DNA of 63,863 nt, counting the filler, from Folioceros fuciformis (Eukaryota): NCBI GenBank assembly GCA_049999805.1. It is 21 parts of 21 records of this genome, joined end to end, with 100 filler letters (N's around TTAATTAATTAA, not from the genome) between each part and the next. Parts side by side here need not be neighbours in the genome. Positions count along the whole stretch, not along the records: positions 9,488 to 21,106 come from JBNGIO010000546.1; positions 21,207 to 22,788 come from JBNGIO010000550.1; positions 22,889 to 24,656 come from JBNGIO010000552.1; 18 more parts are not named here. One strand, 5' to 3'. The position numbers were made by a program, and so were the translations under genes. Positions within the stretch are counted from its first letter, which is position 1; each line of letters begins with the position of its first letter. Shown here piece by piece: positions 10,662 through 23,711 of this stretch. The notes under the pieces were generated by a model that had not been told where the DNA came from, ran no database searches, and saw only the letters and a program-made list of their open reading frames with translations.

Positions 10662-13061
10662 CTAGAAACCCCTGGTGAAGGGGATGCCGGTGGCCGGTAG
10701 CCAAACAGGACCCTGGATAAGCTTCTTCATGAGGAACTTCTTGGTCTGCCTGGCTGTCATTGCTTTGATGGCCCACTTTACCCTGCCGCCGGTGGCAGCT
10801 CCGGGCCCGCTGTTGTGGTACTCCCCGTAGAAGAGCGTGCTGAGAGCGAACGTTCCGTTCCATGGGAGCCAGCCCGCGGGATTGACGATGTTGCCGAGAG
10901 TGCAGCCGAGGTAAGCAGTCCTGGAGTAGAGCTTCCACGGCCTGCCCAAGTACGTCCTGCAGGGAAGAGAAGAAACCTTAGCGTGAGGACGTGGAAATCG
11001 ATCGGAAAAAAAGAATGCCGGTGATTTTGCCGGTTCAGTTGCCGGTTGCCGGTTTCCGGTTGCCAGGAGTGCTTACTGAAAGTTGGTCTGCTGCGACTGG
11101 AGCTGCCTGGTGGGCGCGATGGTGCAGCTCTGGAAGGAGAAGCCCGTGTTCATGCCTCTGTCGGTCCTGCCCTGCGCCGTGAGCGTGTTCTGCTGCCCCA
11201 AGATGCCCGTGGACGCCAGGATGTTGCACCGCTGGAATACCGCGGCCGCGTTGCCGAAGATGAAGTCTACGGTGCCTACGATGGTGCTCTCCCGGTAGAA
11301 CTGGCGGAGCGTGTGCGCGTACAGCGTGTCCTGGAATCCGGTGACCTTGATCCTGTAGAATGCGGATTGGTCAGCCGACACGCGCAGCGCAACTGCCTGG
11401 AACTTGTAGGGCCCGGCCGTGTTGGCGATGGTCAGGGACGTCGCCAGGAATCCGAACCCGTTCACAGCTGGATGAAATCGGAGACAAGACGTCGCGTCAG
11501 CCTGGTGAGCATGTGATCATGGTGACGATGTCCGGCATCAAGAGAAGCAGTAGCACGTACCCAGAGTGGCGGAGAGGAAGGTGGTGGAGCCGCCGCCGAC
11601 GCTGGCGCCCCAGGTGATGATGGTCTTGTCGATGCCAGCTCCAACGAAGGCGATGTTCTGCTTGTCCTTGGGGATGGTTACCTGCTCCTTGTAGATGCCG
11701 CTGTCGATGAAGATGATGTACAGGTCTTTGCTCTTGGAAGGCGCGGAGTTGACGGCAGCCTGGATGGTCTTGACGCTGCCCTTGAATCCGGTCCCGTGCG
11801 ACACGACCTTGTTGGCCTTGGTGGTTCCGAGTTGGAGCAGAGCTCGGCGTGTGCCGTGGCTCATCCAGGAGGGGAACTCCGCGTCCGCATCAGATGGCCC
11901 TGTCTGCTGGAGCTGCAGCTGCAGCTGGAGCTGGGACGGGAGCTCGTACCAGGACGGCTGGTCGTTCTGCGAAGAATCCACCTGCTCTTCCTCCTCCTCG
12001 TCAGCTTCAAGCAGGCGGCGCCTGTTGAGGAGGTCGGAGAGGGAAAAGGATTTGGGGATGTCGGCCGGGAGGTTGGTGCCCGCCAGATTGTTGATGTAGT
12101 CTGCGAAGTAGAGCGCGATGGAGTAGAGATCGCGCAACACGGAAGTGGAGTTGCTGGTGGAGTAGGGGTCGGTGGGCGGGGAGACGTCCGACGGGGGTGT
12201 TCCCACCGGGTTGGCCGCCTCCACCAGCCCTTGAAGGCAGGTGTCGAACTGCGTGGCCGCCGCGCTGAGGTAGGTTATCACATTCTGGGCGTCATCCTCG
12301 ATGCCGGCCAGAGTCAGATTCTGAAGCTGCTGCGTGCTGGTGCCCAGGAAGTCCAGCGAGTTCCCCAGCAACTGCAAGCCAATTGCATTTCACGTACCAA
12401 CGAAGTCAACCAACGTGAAGTATTGAGATGGTGGGAATCCGGAACAGGCTAGGATAGCATGACTACTGCTGCAATTCATGCGTGCGTGTAGTTGGTGGTG
12501 GGTACCTCGCTGCAGTCCCCGAAGGCCAAGAGTGTGGCGTTGGAGAGCTGGTTGGGGCCGGCACTGCTCACGGTCACGTTCAGCAGGTCCAGGGAACCTT
12601 CCACTGCCTGGATCACGTTGGTGATGATGAACTGCACCAGCTGCAGCGGGCTGGCTGCGGATCCATTGGGCGCGCCGGACAGCACCGTGTCGCACAGTGG
12701 CGGGTTCACCGTCCCTTCACATCACACACAATCACGTACATAGCTCCAAATCAGCGCCTCGGAGTGACCGTGGCCCTTCCAGCTTCCTTGCAATGCCATC
12801 CATCCAAGAAGGAATGCAATGCAGGCCCTGCTGCTGGTGCTGCCCGTTACCTGTGCACAGCTGCGAGGCGGCAGTGGTGGACTTGGGCACGAACACGTCA
12901 CTGGCCTCCTGCTTGTGGCCCCGCGGGACGAGCACGGCCAGCAACACGCAGGCTACCACCAGCAGTAGCGCGGCACCCAAACCCAGCGTAATGCATCCTG
13001 TTCGCCTCCCACGGCCCCGCGACTCCCCGAGCCCTCCGATCTGGCCGTAATTGGCCGCCAT
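10662..13061 (-). CDS. PME: Type I pectin methylesterase with N-terminal TM anchor and PMEI pro-domain (5 exons, 638 aa)
   Basis: Exons 13061-12851, 12714-12506, 12371-11561, 11467-11077, 10956-10662; all GT-AG and frame-consistent (1917 nt). TM segment LGAALLLVVACVLLAVLV, PMEI cysteines (C..DC, FDTCLQG), RRRLL/RRALL processing sites, catalytic motifs GIYKE, QAVAL, QDTLY, DFIFG, LGRPW. Confidence 0.95.
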
Positions 13062-13825
13062 CCCGACCACAGATCTGGCGTCACCCGCTGGGCCTCGTCA
13101 CCTCGGACTCGCCCCTGCCACGCTAGCTAGCTAGCTAGCTGCGTGACATCCAGCGCCCGACGCGTAAATCAGCCAGGCTCCGTGATCAGACTGTGTGTGT
13201 GCAAAGTGTGCGCCGCTGCGACCGAGCTGAGAAGCAGAGATCTGCTCGCTTTGGCGAGGCAGGTCGCTGAATCTGAAAGCTGGGCTCGCTTTCCCATGAC
13301 CCGGCGCCCGCGCCCGCATTTAAGCGGGCAACGAGAGAGCAGATCCGATGCAGGGCAGGGTGCGGGGACTAGGGCGGGCCCGATGCCAGGCGTAACAGCG
13401 GCGGCCACAGCCGGGGATGGATGGATAGCAGCACGCCGGGAATAGAGACCAGGCTTGCAATTCAGGGCCTGAGGCGACAGAATAGCGCGGGACCGGGAGC
13501 GCCAGCATGTGAGACCCGACCCTCGCTGCCCAGGTGCTGGTGGTGGCAGGCACGTCCCCGCTCTCTGCTCCCTTTGGCGGCGTGCTTCCCACGTCCCACC
13601 TCTTTCTGCTATGCTTGCATAGTTCGGTTCCGTGACACACCGCAACTGGACACCTCTCTTCCTTTTGCTCATTGCCGTCTGCTCGGCGGCTGGCGTGTCC
13701 CAAAATCTGGCGCACTCGGAAACAGGGCTGGAACTACAAAACCACGAAACACCGAAAGAAAACACGGCCATGTCATCGGCCAAGCCCGCCACAGTGGTAG
13801 GTAGCCAAGGAAAGGAATACATTTA

Positions 13826-16800
13826 TTAAGAGGCCGGGAACCAAGGATTGATAGTCCCGTTCAGGTGGCCATTGCTGTGCACCACGCCATTGGCCAGCAT
13901 GGAGGGCATGCCTACCGCCACCGGAGGCGGTGTGCCGTACAGGCTCATGCTGGGCAGGGTCGAGTGGTTCGGGTCCTGCATGTTTACCATCACCACCTCA
14001 CCCGCCCCCTGACGCTGCTGCTGCAGACTCCTGACCTGTCGAAGCCCCTCGTCGTGGATTCTCGCCAGAGTGTCCAGCTCACTCAAGGATAGGGCTTCTA
14101 GACCAGCCCCGTAAAGCGGTGCGTGCCTTGACATCTCCTCCTGGAGGGATCCCTCCAAAGTCTGGATGTAGTCCTGGGGCAGGAGACCACAGTCATCGCT
14201 TCAGCATCCCCGTCCAAGAAAGAGCGGCTAGCTGACCAGAGGGAAGAGTTCAGAGAAGAGTGTTTCAGTCACCTGGCACGCGTGAAGCTTCGCCTCCATT
14301 CCATCAATATAGGCCTCACATCTCATCACTTGGCTCTCCTTCTCACGCAGCCCGCCCTCTGTCTGCCCGACTGTCTTCTGCAGCCGCCGGACTTCGTCCT
14401 CCAGAGACACACGGAGTTCTTCGCGTGACACAGTTTCTGTAGCATAACGCTTCAGTTCCTCATCAAATCTTTTCCGGGCGGACTCGGCATTCTTCAACCG
14501 CTCCGCTAACACGTTCTTTTCTTTCACCACCCTCTGCAAAACAAAACAATTTCCACAACTGACATGTGTTACAACAAACCATCCCATGTCCAATTCCGCA
14601 CCTCCCACACAGCCAATCTACTGGACCCATCATAATCCCAGTAAGCTTAAGCCTTCGAGCCAGGACCACAGGACAAGGCTGTAGATCTACAGGCCAAACC
14701 AGAGGCAACACCAAGCGCCAATGACGTCAGGATGACATCTTGTGGCAACCGCTGGATGGATAATTGTCACTCACTACGTGCTAAATGGATACTGGCCATG
14801 GAATCCACTTGACGCTGCTTAGCTCAACAAAACACTACTTCAGAGTCACCACCAGTCTCCTACCGCCTCTTAGGATCTTTCCTCCACCACGAGGATACAG
14901 CCCAAAGATCACCACACTAAAAGGAACAGGTTGGCGCCCTGGCCTTTGCTGCTGTGGAACCACAAGCTATTCTAGAACATTCTGGACAAGATAGAAACTT
15001 ATCTGAATGACTACAAGCTGTAACATCGCCTCCACGCAAAAATGCACAGCAAGCTTGCCAGAGCCTGCACCTGACATGGGCACCTCAATAACCAGCACAG
15101 ACATTTCTGTACCAGGAGAAGGAAGTGCCACAGCCACTATACCTCTACAGATTGCACAGGACACCAGACCACTGACAAGTCGCCTCTGATCATACCTTTA
15201 ATTCATCTCGCTTGCGAGACTTGAGCTGTGTGAGTTGCGACTCCACATCTCGAAGGCGGTCTTGAAGAGATTTCTTCTCACCGACCAGTTTTGTAACCTC
15301 CTCATCACGCTCCGACCGTATCCACTCCAACTGATTCTCAGCCTCGCGCAGTCGCTCAGCCAAGTCTTTTTTCTCTCGAACAAACTTATCCAGCTCTGCC
15401 TTCATTTCAGCCTGCAAGCAAACACGTCAATGACTAACCGTTAGAACGCCCATTACACTACTGTCTAATTACGAATTCACACAACCATAGAACCCTCATT
15501 CTCTCTAACCTTCAAGCGATTTTGAGCTCCTTCTGCATCTGTAAGTCTCTGAGCCATTGCTGCCTTCTCTCTGGTGAGACGAGTGATCTCACTCTGTCGG
15601 TCATTCCGGGCACGGGTAGTTTCCTCCCCACTGACACGTAATTGCTGCCACAAGGCATTACGGTCAGCATTGGCTACCTCAGCTGCCTCGCGCATCATGC
15701 TCAGAGCGGGGCGAGCAGTACCTTCTTCCTCCCTGACTATCAATGTCAAGATGTCCATTCCTAATTCTATCTCAGGAAGCCCACTGCTACTGCTTGTGGC
15801 TCTTTCAACTAGTCCACGGAGCATGCGCTCACGATACCCTTCATCACCATATACCTTGAACATAACAGCATACAATGTACTCACGAACTCCCTGACCCTT
15901 GTATCCCTAGAAAGAGCCAAGGATTCGGCAAGCCCCAGCACTGCTGGAAAGTCATCCTCATCCTCTGGCAATGGAATGCTCATGGTGCTAGCAATCAGAG
16001 ACTCAGCACTCTGAGCAGATCCTCTGCATCTCCCATCCAGCCTTTGAGACCGACGTCTCTCCAAGACCATCACAACCGACTGCTCCCCGAAAGCTCCTCT
16101 AGAGATGGCCCGCTCAAAGACACGTTGCGCCTCTAATCTTAAGCATGAAACTGTTAACATCTCTACAATGATGTCAACATCTGCCACTCGCCAGCATGCT
16201 GCTGCAACCTGCTCAGCAGCAGCTTGAAGCTGCTCCGCAGCTCCACCTTCACGGTCTACAAAATCCAGACCAGCTGATGGTGACGACATCTCATTCTCAC
16301 TACACTCGCAGTCAGTGTCAATATCTCTTAGTAGTGCCTCCGCAACATCTATTCTTGTGCGCACAGTACTCCGCACAACATCAAGGACTTGCGGTGGAAC
16401 AGCTGGGCCCAGCATTTTTAACTTTCCCCGAACTGCCTTTGCCTACATTATTCAGTAACAGAAGCTCGTAAGTTCACAAGTCCACGACAACATAATCTAC
16501 AGAATTGCCCAATTCATCAGTCAATACACAAGGACGGCAAGATCCATCATACCGCCTGAGGCAATTGCTGGCATTCAGATCCAGCTTTGAAGACAAAGCT
16601 CATGACTGCAGCCAAGGGCTCATCATTGGACTCTGGCAGAGTATCAAGAGCCTGCTGTAAGACCTGTTCCCATACATCGCTAGTTACTTCCAATTGGCTC
16701 AACGCTCCCAGAACCTGCCAAACGACCATAAGCAGTTAAGAGCTGCACCAGGTTCTTGCAAAATCTGAGGATCGCTAAATCAAACAATAAGAGACCGAAA

Positions 16801-19800
16801 GATACAGACAGAACTTGAACGTACGGGAAGACGAAGTGTAGGCTCAGCATTAGGTTTTCGCAGGCGATTAAGCAGAGCATTGGCAGCAAGAGAATGCTCT
16901 GCAGAGTCCACAAGCTTTGGTACCAAAGCTATCAAATCTGCTTGTAAATGCCTTGGAGCCTTCTCCAGTACCAAGGATATTTTCTGAGCTGATTGGGGTC
17001 TCCGACGTGGCTCTGGACAACCTTGAGGCACTGCCCCATCCAAAGCCCTGAGAGAGTTCACTATCAACCCCAGCAGCTCTTCAGATTGCTCTGGCCATTT
17101 TGTCTGCCAACAAAATTACATAGTGAGCTTGGCACGTACAGAAATGACCGAGTGCAATTTGAAGTGGACATGAGAGGTACAACAGAAATCACCAACCTTC
17201 TGCGTCTGGTTTACAGTATCTAACACAAATGCCTCTGGTGTTGGAGATTCCGTGACCAACGACACTGGAAACGCCGCAGTCCTTCCCACCGGCCCCTCAA
17301 TTGCCGACGAGTCACTGCTTTGCACTGCCTGTGCCCCAGTCACTCCATCCAACCCAACTTCCAATCTTTGCTCAATGGAATTAAGACCAGCATCTCTCGT
17401 GTCCAAAGATGCCCTACCACCTCTCCAGTCACTACTACTTTTGCCATGAATGTTGCCAATATCAGGTACCACACGTGTCTTGACCTCCACAGAATCACTA
17501 GTTCTCTTTGCTTCTGAAGGTTGGCAACACTCCACCATGATGTCCAGCAGCAGGTCCACAATTGCTTGCTGGAGTACTTTAACACCCATAAGCAAGTTCA
17601 TCAAGCTGGGAGACGTTGCCTCTGTTTTAGTCCCTGTGTCTTTCCCCGTAGACGAAGGGGATATCTTTGTGGGAAGGAGCAACTTTTTCACTTTCACAGG
17701 GTCATCCAAGTAAACTCGAAGACCATTCAAAAATGTGCTCACAGCCCCTGCATCCATTAATAACTTCTCCCTTAGTGTAACTTGCAGCTGCGAGGGATCC
17801 AGGAGGAGTGGTGGGTTGTCACCATAACTCAAATGAAAACCAGCTCGTGCAAGCAAGCTTCTGAATACGTCCTCTTCATCACCACTTATTACGTCACTGT
17901 CATCTGAGTCCAACAACTCATCTGGATCGGTGGACAATGCATCGTGTTCGTCATCTGACATCAACACCTGTAGAAAAAGGTCAACACATTAGGGATACAC
18001 GAGCTCTGCAGGACATCAGGAATCTCAATTAGAGGGAAACCATTGATATACATGTTACAGTACCTCCAAATCAGAGAACTCAAACCAGGGACAACAGTCC
18101 AGAATTTCACAAACAAAAACAACAGTATCTCGGACAAGAAAGCCTGCATCTGGCTCCACCATCTCCGACACCTTCATAAACTGCAACACAGAATTATTCC
18201 AGGTCTTGGTGCATATGGATGACTCCTTCCAATTCGTGCGATCTCCATGCTTTTGGTTTACAACAGCCATGCGATACCTGACCCAGAAATTCCGGTCAGG
18301 ATCAGCTCCTACTGACTGGTCGCTCTCCAAATAAATGCAGAGGGTGTCAAATGATTCATAAACACCTGTTCACCATCAGATTACACAGATTCAGGAACAC
18401 AGAACCAGCGAACATCATGATCGATCGAGACTAGTTACTCCAAGAACAAATGCACACCACACCTCCTTGACCAAGGCACCCACTTAAGAGCCAGCAGCCA
18501 GGTATGGAAAATTCTGGCATGCAGCAGCTGCTAACAAATAACTAATTAACTCCACAATCCGCAGCAAATTTGACACTTCCAAAATTAATTGACCGGTCAC
18601 TGACAAGAAACACACACATGGGTGCGTATGGACACACGAAGTTATACTCCCACTCCAACCACAAAAACCCCAGAAGCAGCACAAACCAAACTTTCAATTT
18701 ATTTACTACATCAAAGCACCTTTCATATGATCAATCTTTTTTACGAGCCGCTTGATTTAAGAGACCATGTGCAAAATGTGCCCACGTAATTTAACCCACC
18801 GATACGCAGCTCACAGCCACCAGCTTGGAAAAACTTGCTGAAGATCTTCCGCGTCTCCATTATCTCCTTGAAAGCCAAGAAATTTTCCACTTTCCAAGTG
18901 AAAGTCCCGCGGTTGACAATTCTACCAGTCTCATTTCCTACAGTTGTGCCCTCCAAATCATACTCAGGAAGCTCAAGCATTGTAGAGGTCTCCTTCAGGA
19001 TCAGAACTTCAGCAGAAAATACAACTGTATCCTGCACAAGGAATCCAGAATCTTGATCAAAGAGGCTGGTGAGCGTGACAAACTCTCTCCAGCCCCAATC
19101 CTTTGCGGCCTTTGAGTATCTGTTCTGTGATTCCTTTGTAACAGACCGCTCATCAGATCTCTGATTAACCACAGATAAACGGTGACTGACAAAACAGCTC
19201 CAGTCTGCTGATGTGTTGCGAGGATCTGTGACCTCAAGAAACATGGAGAGGTGGCAAGGTGGTTGAGATTGACCTACATTGCAACAAACACAGGGTTACT
19301 AAGAACATATAATACCATATTTTACAGAATTGACACACATCTTACTACTTCTCAAGAGAGATTAGAGGACCTGTCTGTTCAGGTCGGACAGCAGAAAGAA
19401 AACTGCCCTGTCCACCCTCGACATCCTACATGTGCCTTGACTGAGTTTCAGATCACATTGTAGCCTCTACCAGAGTTGACTGTCCACTCTCACCACGTGC
19501 TTACACATCAAGACAGTTGCTACAAGTGGCAAACGGTATTCAAGACAGTTTAAGTACTAAAGCTCCAGAGGGTCAAAGACAGCACTTGGAGGGAGAAACA
19601 ACTCCTCCGGACGGGAATCTACCACCTAAGTTCCACCCCTTTGGAGATCCTATCCAATCCCTGTCCTCTAAATCAAACAGGGCTCGGATGTTGAGGTCAG
19701 CAGAGGGTCCCATCCTCATGCTGGCTATCAAGATAGGGCAGTCAGGTTGCCTACAATTATCAGTTGGTATGACAGAGCTACTTTCTTTGCAAATGCATTT

Positions 19801-21100
19801 GCTTGCTGAGTGTAGAATGATTACCTCGTGGATACACAATGAGCCTGCAGTCCCTGTTCCCCACCTGGAAACGACGGCTCTTAATGCAAAGACCTGTTAT
19901 CTTGCGCTTCTTCAGCAGATCCTTGAGGCGAGTGAAATTTTCTATCCTCCAGATGAACTTTCCCTGGTACCCATCAGTCTTCTTAGGATTGGCACGCCCA
20001 GCTACCTGGCCAAGATTCTTAGAGAAATTGCTGTTCTCTTTGATGACGTGAAACGAGGCACTGAACACTGCAGTGTCGTCCACCAAATAGCCCATGTCAG
20101 GAGCCACAAAGTCTGCCATCTTCATGTAATCATTCCATCCTAAGCTAGTATTGTCACCACTCTTGTTGTCTGCAGCAAATCGGCCATAGGAATCCCTGTG
20201 CATATGGTTCATTCCTGCCCTCTGATTGAGCACCGACATCCGAAACAAGCACCAGCAGCTCCGTTCGGGCAAGACTGACTTCTCCGTATCCTTGCTCTCC
20301 AAGCACATGGACAAGTAATCCACACCCGTGACGGACGACTGATAAACACTGAGGCGGAGATTGCACTCCCCTGCAGGAAACACCGGGCTCATGATCTTCT
20401 GCGTCTTGATCATCTCCTTGAAGAGCGAAAGGTTATGCACTTTCCAGGTGAACTTGCCACTGAGAACTTCCGGCACAGGTCCCAAAGATGCCGGGAGCTC
20501 GTTCTCCCTGGAAAATTGGACAGACTCGTTGAGCACCAGAATTTCAGCTGTAATGAGCACCGTCTCGTTGGCAAGGAAACCGGCCTTGCCATCCAGAATG
20601 GTTACAGAGGGGGTAAAATCGCACCAGCCATGCGACTTCTTCTTCCCCGAAAATCTGTGCCACGAGTCCCGCTGGATAGATTTCGACTCATCGCGCTGGT
20701 TGACCACGCAAAGCCTGTAACTAGCAAAGCAATCCCACTTGGAGGAGGAGGAGCCCCTCGGATCAGTGACCTGCAAGTAAATGGAGAGATAGCCAGGCAG
20801 AGCCTGGGAATCTCCCCTGGGATAAACCAGCAGCCGGCAGTCGTAACCACCAACTTCAAAATACCTACTCCACAATGCCCGAGCCTTCACTTTAGAGAAC
20901 TGCGAAATTGTCCATTTACAAACGGCAGCATGCTCCCCTCGCTTCTCCACCTGCACCGACTCCTGCCCTCCCTCCCGAGGCTGCTCGTCCCCGTTCTCAG
21001 CCCCCCGCGCCACACTCTTCTCTTGCCTCACGGACACGATGGAATTCTCCATCGCCCCCGACGCCGCCGTAACTGCCGACTCCTCGATCTGATGAATCAT
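13826..21100 (-). CDS. Multi-MATH/TRAF-domain protein with C-terminal coiled coil (Arabidopsis AT2G25320-like; 10 exons, 1673 aa from the first visible ATG)
   Basis: Exons 21100-19825, 19273-18800, 18365-18064, 17967-17197, 17103-16825, 16714-16553, 16442-15510, 15411-15196, 14533-14273, 14173-13826; all GT-AG, in frame (5022 nt). Four MATH repeats (CKWTISQFS, FTWKVHNLS, FIWRIENFT, FTWKVENFL) and a C-terminal EEMSRHAPLYGAGLEALS motif. The ATG is 6 bp from the contig end, so the true start could lie upstream. Confidence 0.93.
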
Positions 21101-21206
21101 GCTGGCNNNNNNNNNNNNNNNNNNNNNNNNNNNNNNNNNNNNNNNNNNNNTTAATTAATTAANNNNNNNNNNNNNNNNNNNNNNNNNNNNNNNNNNNNNN
21201 NNNNNN

Positions 21207-22126
21207 AATGTTTGTACCTTGATTCATGTTCGAGAACAATTTCATAGTCTAAGAATGAAGGAAGGGGATCCTGTTGGGGCCTATGTCACAAAGTTGAGGT
21301 ACCTCTGGGCACAGCTGTCCGCGATCGGAGCCAAGACGACTGATGTGGAAATGGTTGCTCAACTGCTGACCGGCTTGCCTCCCTCCTACCAGACTTTTAT
21401 CTCCGGCCAAAATGCTTCTTTGCGGGCTGCCTATCAAGCAGCAGCAAGCGGACAGCCTACTAACTTGGACTTGAATGAGGTCATAGGCGCGCTTCTGCAA
21501 GAGGAGCAAAACCGACATAAATCTGGTGGCAATCGAATGCGTGGTGAAAAGGTTCTCTTTGCTACAAAAGGCAAAGGACCTTGGAAGGGGAAAGGAAAGA
21601 AGGGGAACTCACCTCAGAATTGGCAATCCTCGACCTCTGCCACTGCCACACCAAAAAGACAGGGTAATTGAAACTGGTGCAAAGTCCGAAGTCACTGGGA
21701 ACGTGACTGTCGCAAAAAGAAAGCTGGTGAAGCCAAGAAGGATAGCAAACCTGAGGCACATGTCACTTCTAATGAGAAGACAACCCAGCAAAAACACAAG
21801 AGCAGCAGTTCTGTGCTAACAGTTTGCTTGACTTCTTTTTGGGTGCTGTGCACTTACCTCAGAAAGGGCCAACCCTATTGTTATGTGATAACTTGTCTGC
21901 TATCGCCTTGGTGTCCAATCCTCGCTTTCATGCGAGAACCGAACACATCGAGCTTTACCATCATTATATTCACGATGTGGCTGAAAGAGGCATAGTCAAA
22001 GTGAAATACGTCAGCACTGATGCCAATACTGCTGACATTCTTACAAAGGGCTTGAGCAAGCCAAAGCACTACAAGCACCTTTCAGCCTTGGGGCTGAGGG
22101 TGTTTGCTATGCCTACTGCAGCCTAA
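21207..22126 (+). mobile_element. Ty1/copia deletion derivative: gag plus zinc knuckle joined directly to the RNase H C-terminus
   Basis: gag (QFHSLRMKEGD..LLTGLPPSY), knuckle GN*NWCKVRSHWERDCRKK, VLTVCLTS, then at ~21830 PTLLLCDNLSAIALVSNPRFHARTEHIE..ADILTKGL. PR, INT and RT are absent. Confidence 0.85.
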
Positions 22127-22949
22127 GAAAAACTTCACCAACCTATAGCAGCAGAAATGCCAGCTGACACGAACATGACATGTCCTCGCAGGGACTGCTT
22201 TACAGTCTACTTTGCTGGGTCCTCTATGGACAGGGCATGTCCCTATGCTGTCTCTGTGCTGCATACAGGTTGAAGGAAGAACATGGCATGTTCAGTGGAT
22301 GAAGCGTTCCTGCTACACCTAATCATGAATATGACCAAAACACAGGAAAATTTTCTATGCGCAAGCTTACCAGGCTAGAACGGTGGTCTGTAGATGTAGC
22401 CCAGGAGCTCTAGCTCTCTAATCACAGCTCTGCATTCAGCAGGAGTCAGGGGGTGCGCTAGGATGTCCTTGGGCTGCGACTGCTGCAACAGCGTTGCCTG
22501 ACTAGACCACCGGGAGCTAGGGCATGCAGGTTGAGCTGCGGCAGCGGGAGTACTCTGCTGGGCTGTTTCCCGTTGAGAGGGAGCCTTGGTTTTCTTCTTG
22601 CTGTCGTGGTGCTCCAGCTTGGCTCTGGCTTGGTGAGTCACTAGGTCACTATCCTCCTTGTCTGTGCTGTACCGAGAAGCCTCCTTTAGCTCAGGTGGAG
22701 ATCGTAATCTTTTCCTCCTGGGGAATCCACAGTTCTTGAGGCGAGCCATCGTGCTCTCTACCACTATCACCACGAAGATGGTTAGGGCNNNNNNNNNNNN
22801 NNNNNNNNNNNNNNNNNNNNNNNNNNNNNNNNTTAATTAATTAANNNNNNNNNNNNNNNNNNNNNNNNNNNNNNNNNNNNNNNNNNNNATTGTTAGATAA
22901 GAACTGGAATTTGCTACTACTAACGTTTGAATTGTAGCAAAAGACCAAC

Positions 22950-23603
22950 CTTGTTTTGGAGTTTTGTCAAATTCGGCCTCTATCCCACCTCTTACATGAA
23001 TGAGGTTTATCACATGATGCTCTTTTCATACATCTCTTTTCTTGCCATGAGCCGAAAATTCCTTTGTCTTCATGAATTGCTCTTTCTTCACAGCACTCCG
23101 TCATCGTCTGGTGGGCACTCAAGAGATTTGCACACAGTCTTCATCTTGGGGAAGATGAGTTGCAGGTTGAGGTGTTGGATGTACCTGCAAGGGAGGGCCT
23201 GCTGTCAAACCCTAGATACTAGCTGCTGGCAAGGTGTTGCCAATGATAGACGCCCCAAGGATGGGCATTGTGAAATGAATGATGGACGCCCCAAGGATGG
23301 GCATTGTGAAAGGAATGATGGACGCCCCAAGGATGGGCATTGTGAAAGGAATGATAGACGCCCCAAGGAATGATAGACGCCCCAAGGAATGATAGACGCC
23401 CCAAGGATGGGCATTGTGAAAGGTGACAAAGAGAAACTAGTCGTAGGTGACAAGCTTTTGACTTGTGAGCCTTGAGACATGCCACTCACTTGCCACTCAT
23501 CTGGATTGCTGAAACCACCACTTACGTAGGACAGCATTGTTTCACGAGGCTGACGAATAAAGGGATCTAGGTCTTTCTCGGTTAAGCAAAACCAAGTGTA
23601 CAA
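22950..23603 (-). pseudogene. Degenerate Myb/SANT-like (trihelix-type) gene fragment, possibly ORF1 of a PIF/Harbinger element
   Basis: Minus frame at 23050-22950 reads KKRDV*(W)KEHHVINLIHVRGGIEAEFDKTPKQG followed by a GT donor, resembling helix 1 of Myb/SANT-like domains. Upstream is low-complexity, repeat-containing sequence. Confidence 0.4.
23242..23423. repeat. 36-bp tandem repeat with two 20-bp deleted units
   Basis: AATGATRGACGCCCCAAGGATGGGCATTGTGAAAGG repeated; short units AATGATAGACGCCCCAAGG. Confidence 0.9.
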
Positions 23604-23656
23604 CGGAGCTTTGTGGAAGACCGGTGGGAAACGTGCTTAACCAAAATGAAGTGCAT

Positions 23657-23711
23657 GAAGTTGGTTTGAGGAAGAAGTATGTTGAAGTTGGTTTGAGGAA
23701 GAAGTATGTTT
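23657..23711. repeat. 27-bp direct tandem duplication
   Basis: GAAGTTGGTTTGAGGAAGAAGTATGTT occurs twice. Confidence 0.85.

Noticed and set aside
13131-13829. ORFs of 100-217 aa between the MATH stop and PME start
   Set aside because: GC-rich UTR/promoter sequence, open in several frames, no motif support.
10588-21154. Many antisense and alternate-frame ORFs over the PME and MATH genes (e.g. 11796-12452, 20435-21154, 19517-20143)
   Set aside because: Shadows of GC-rich coding exons with no recognisable domains.
23242-23423. 36-bp repeat as a CRISPR repeat
   Set aside because: Units are directly adjacent with no unique spacers.
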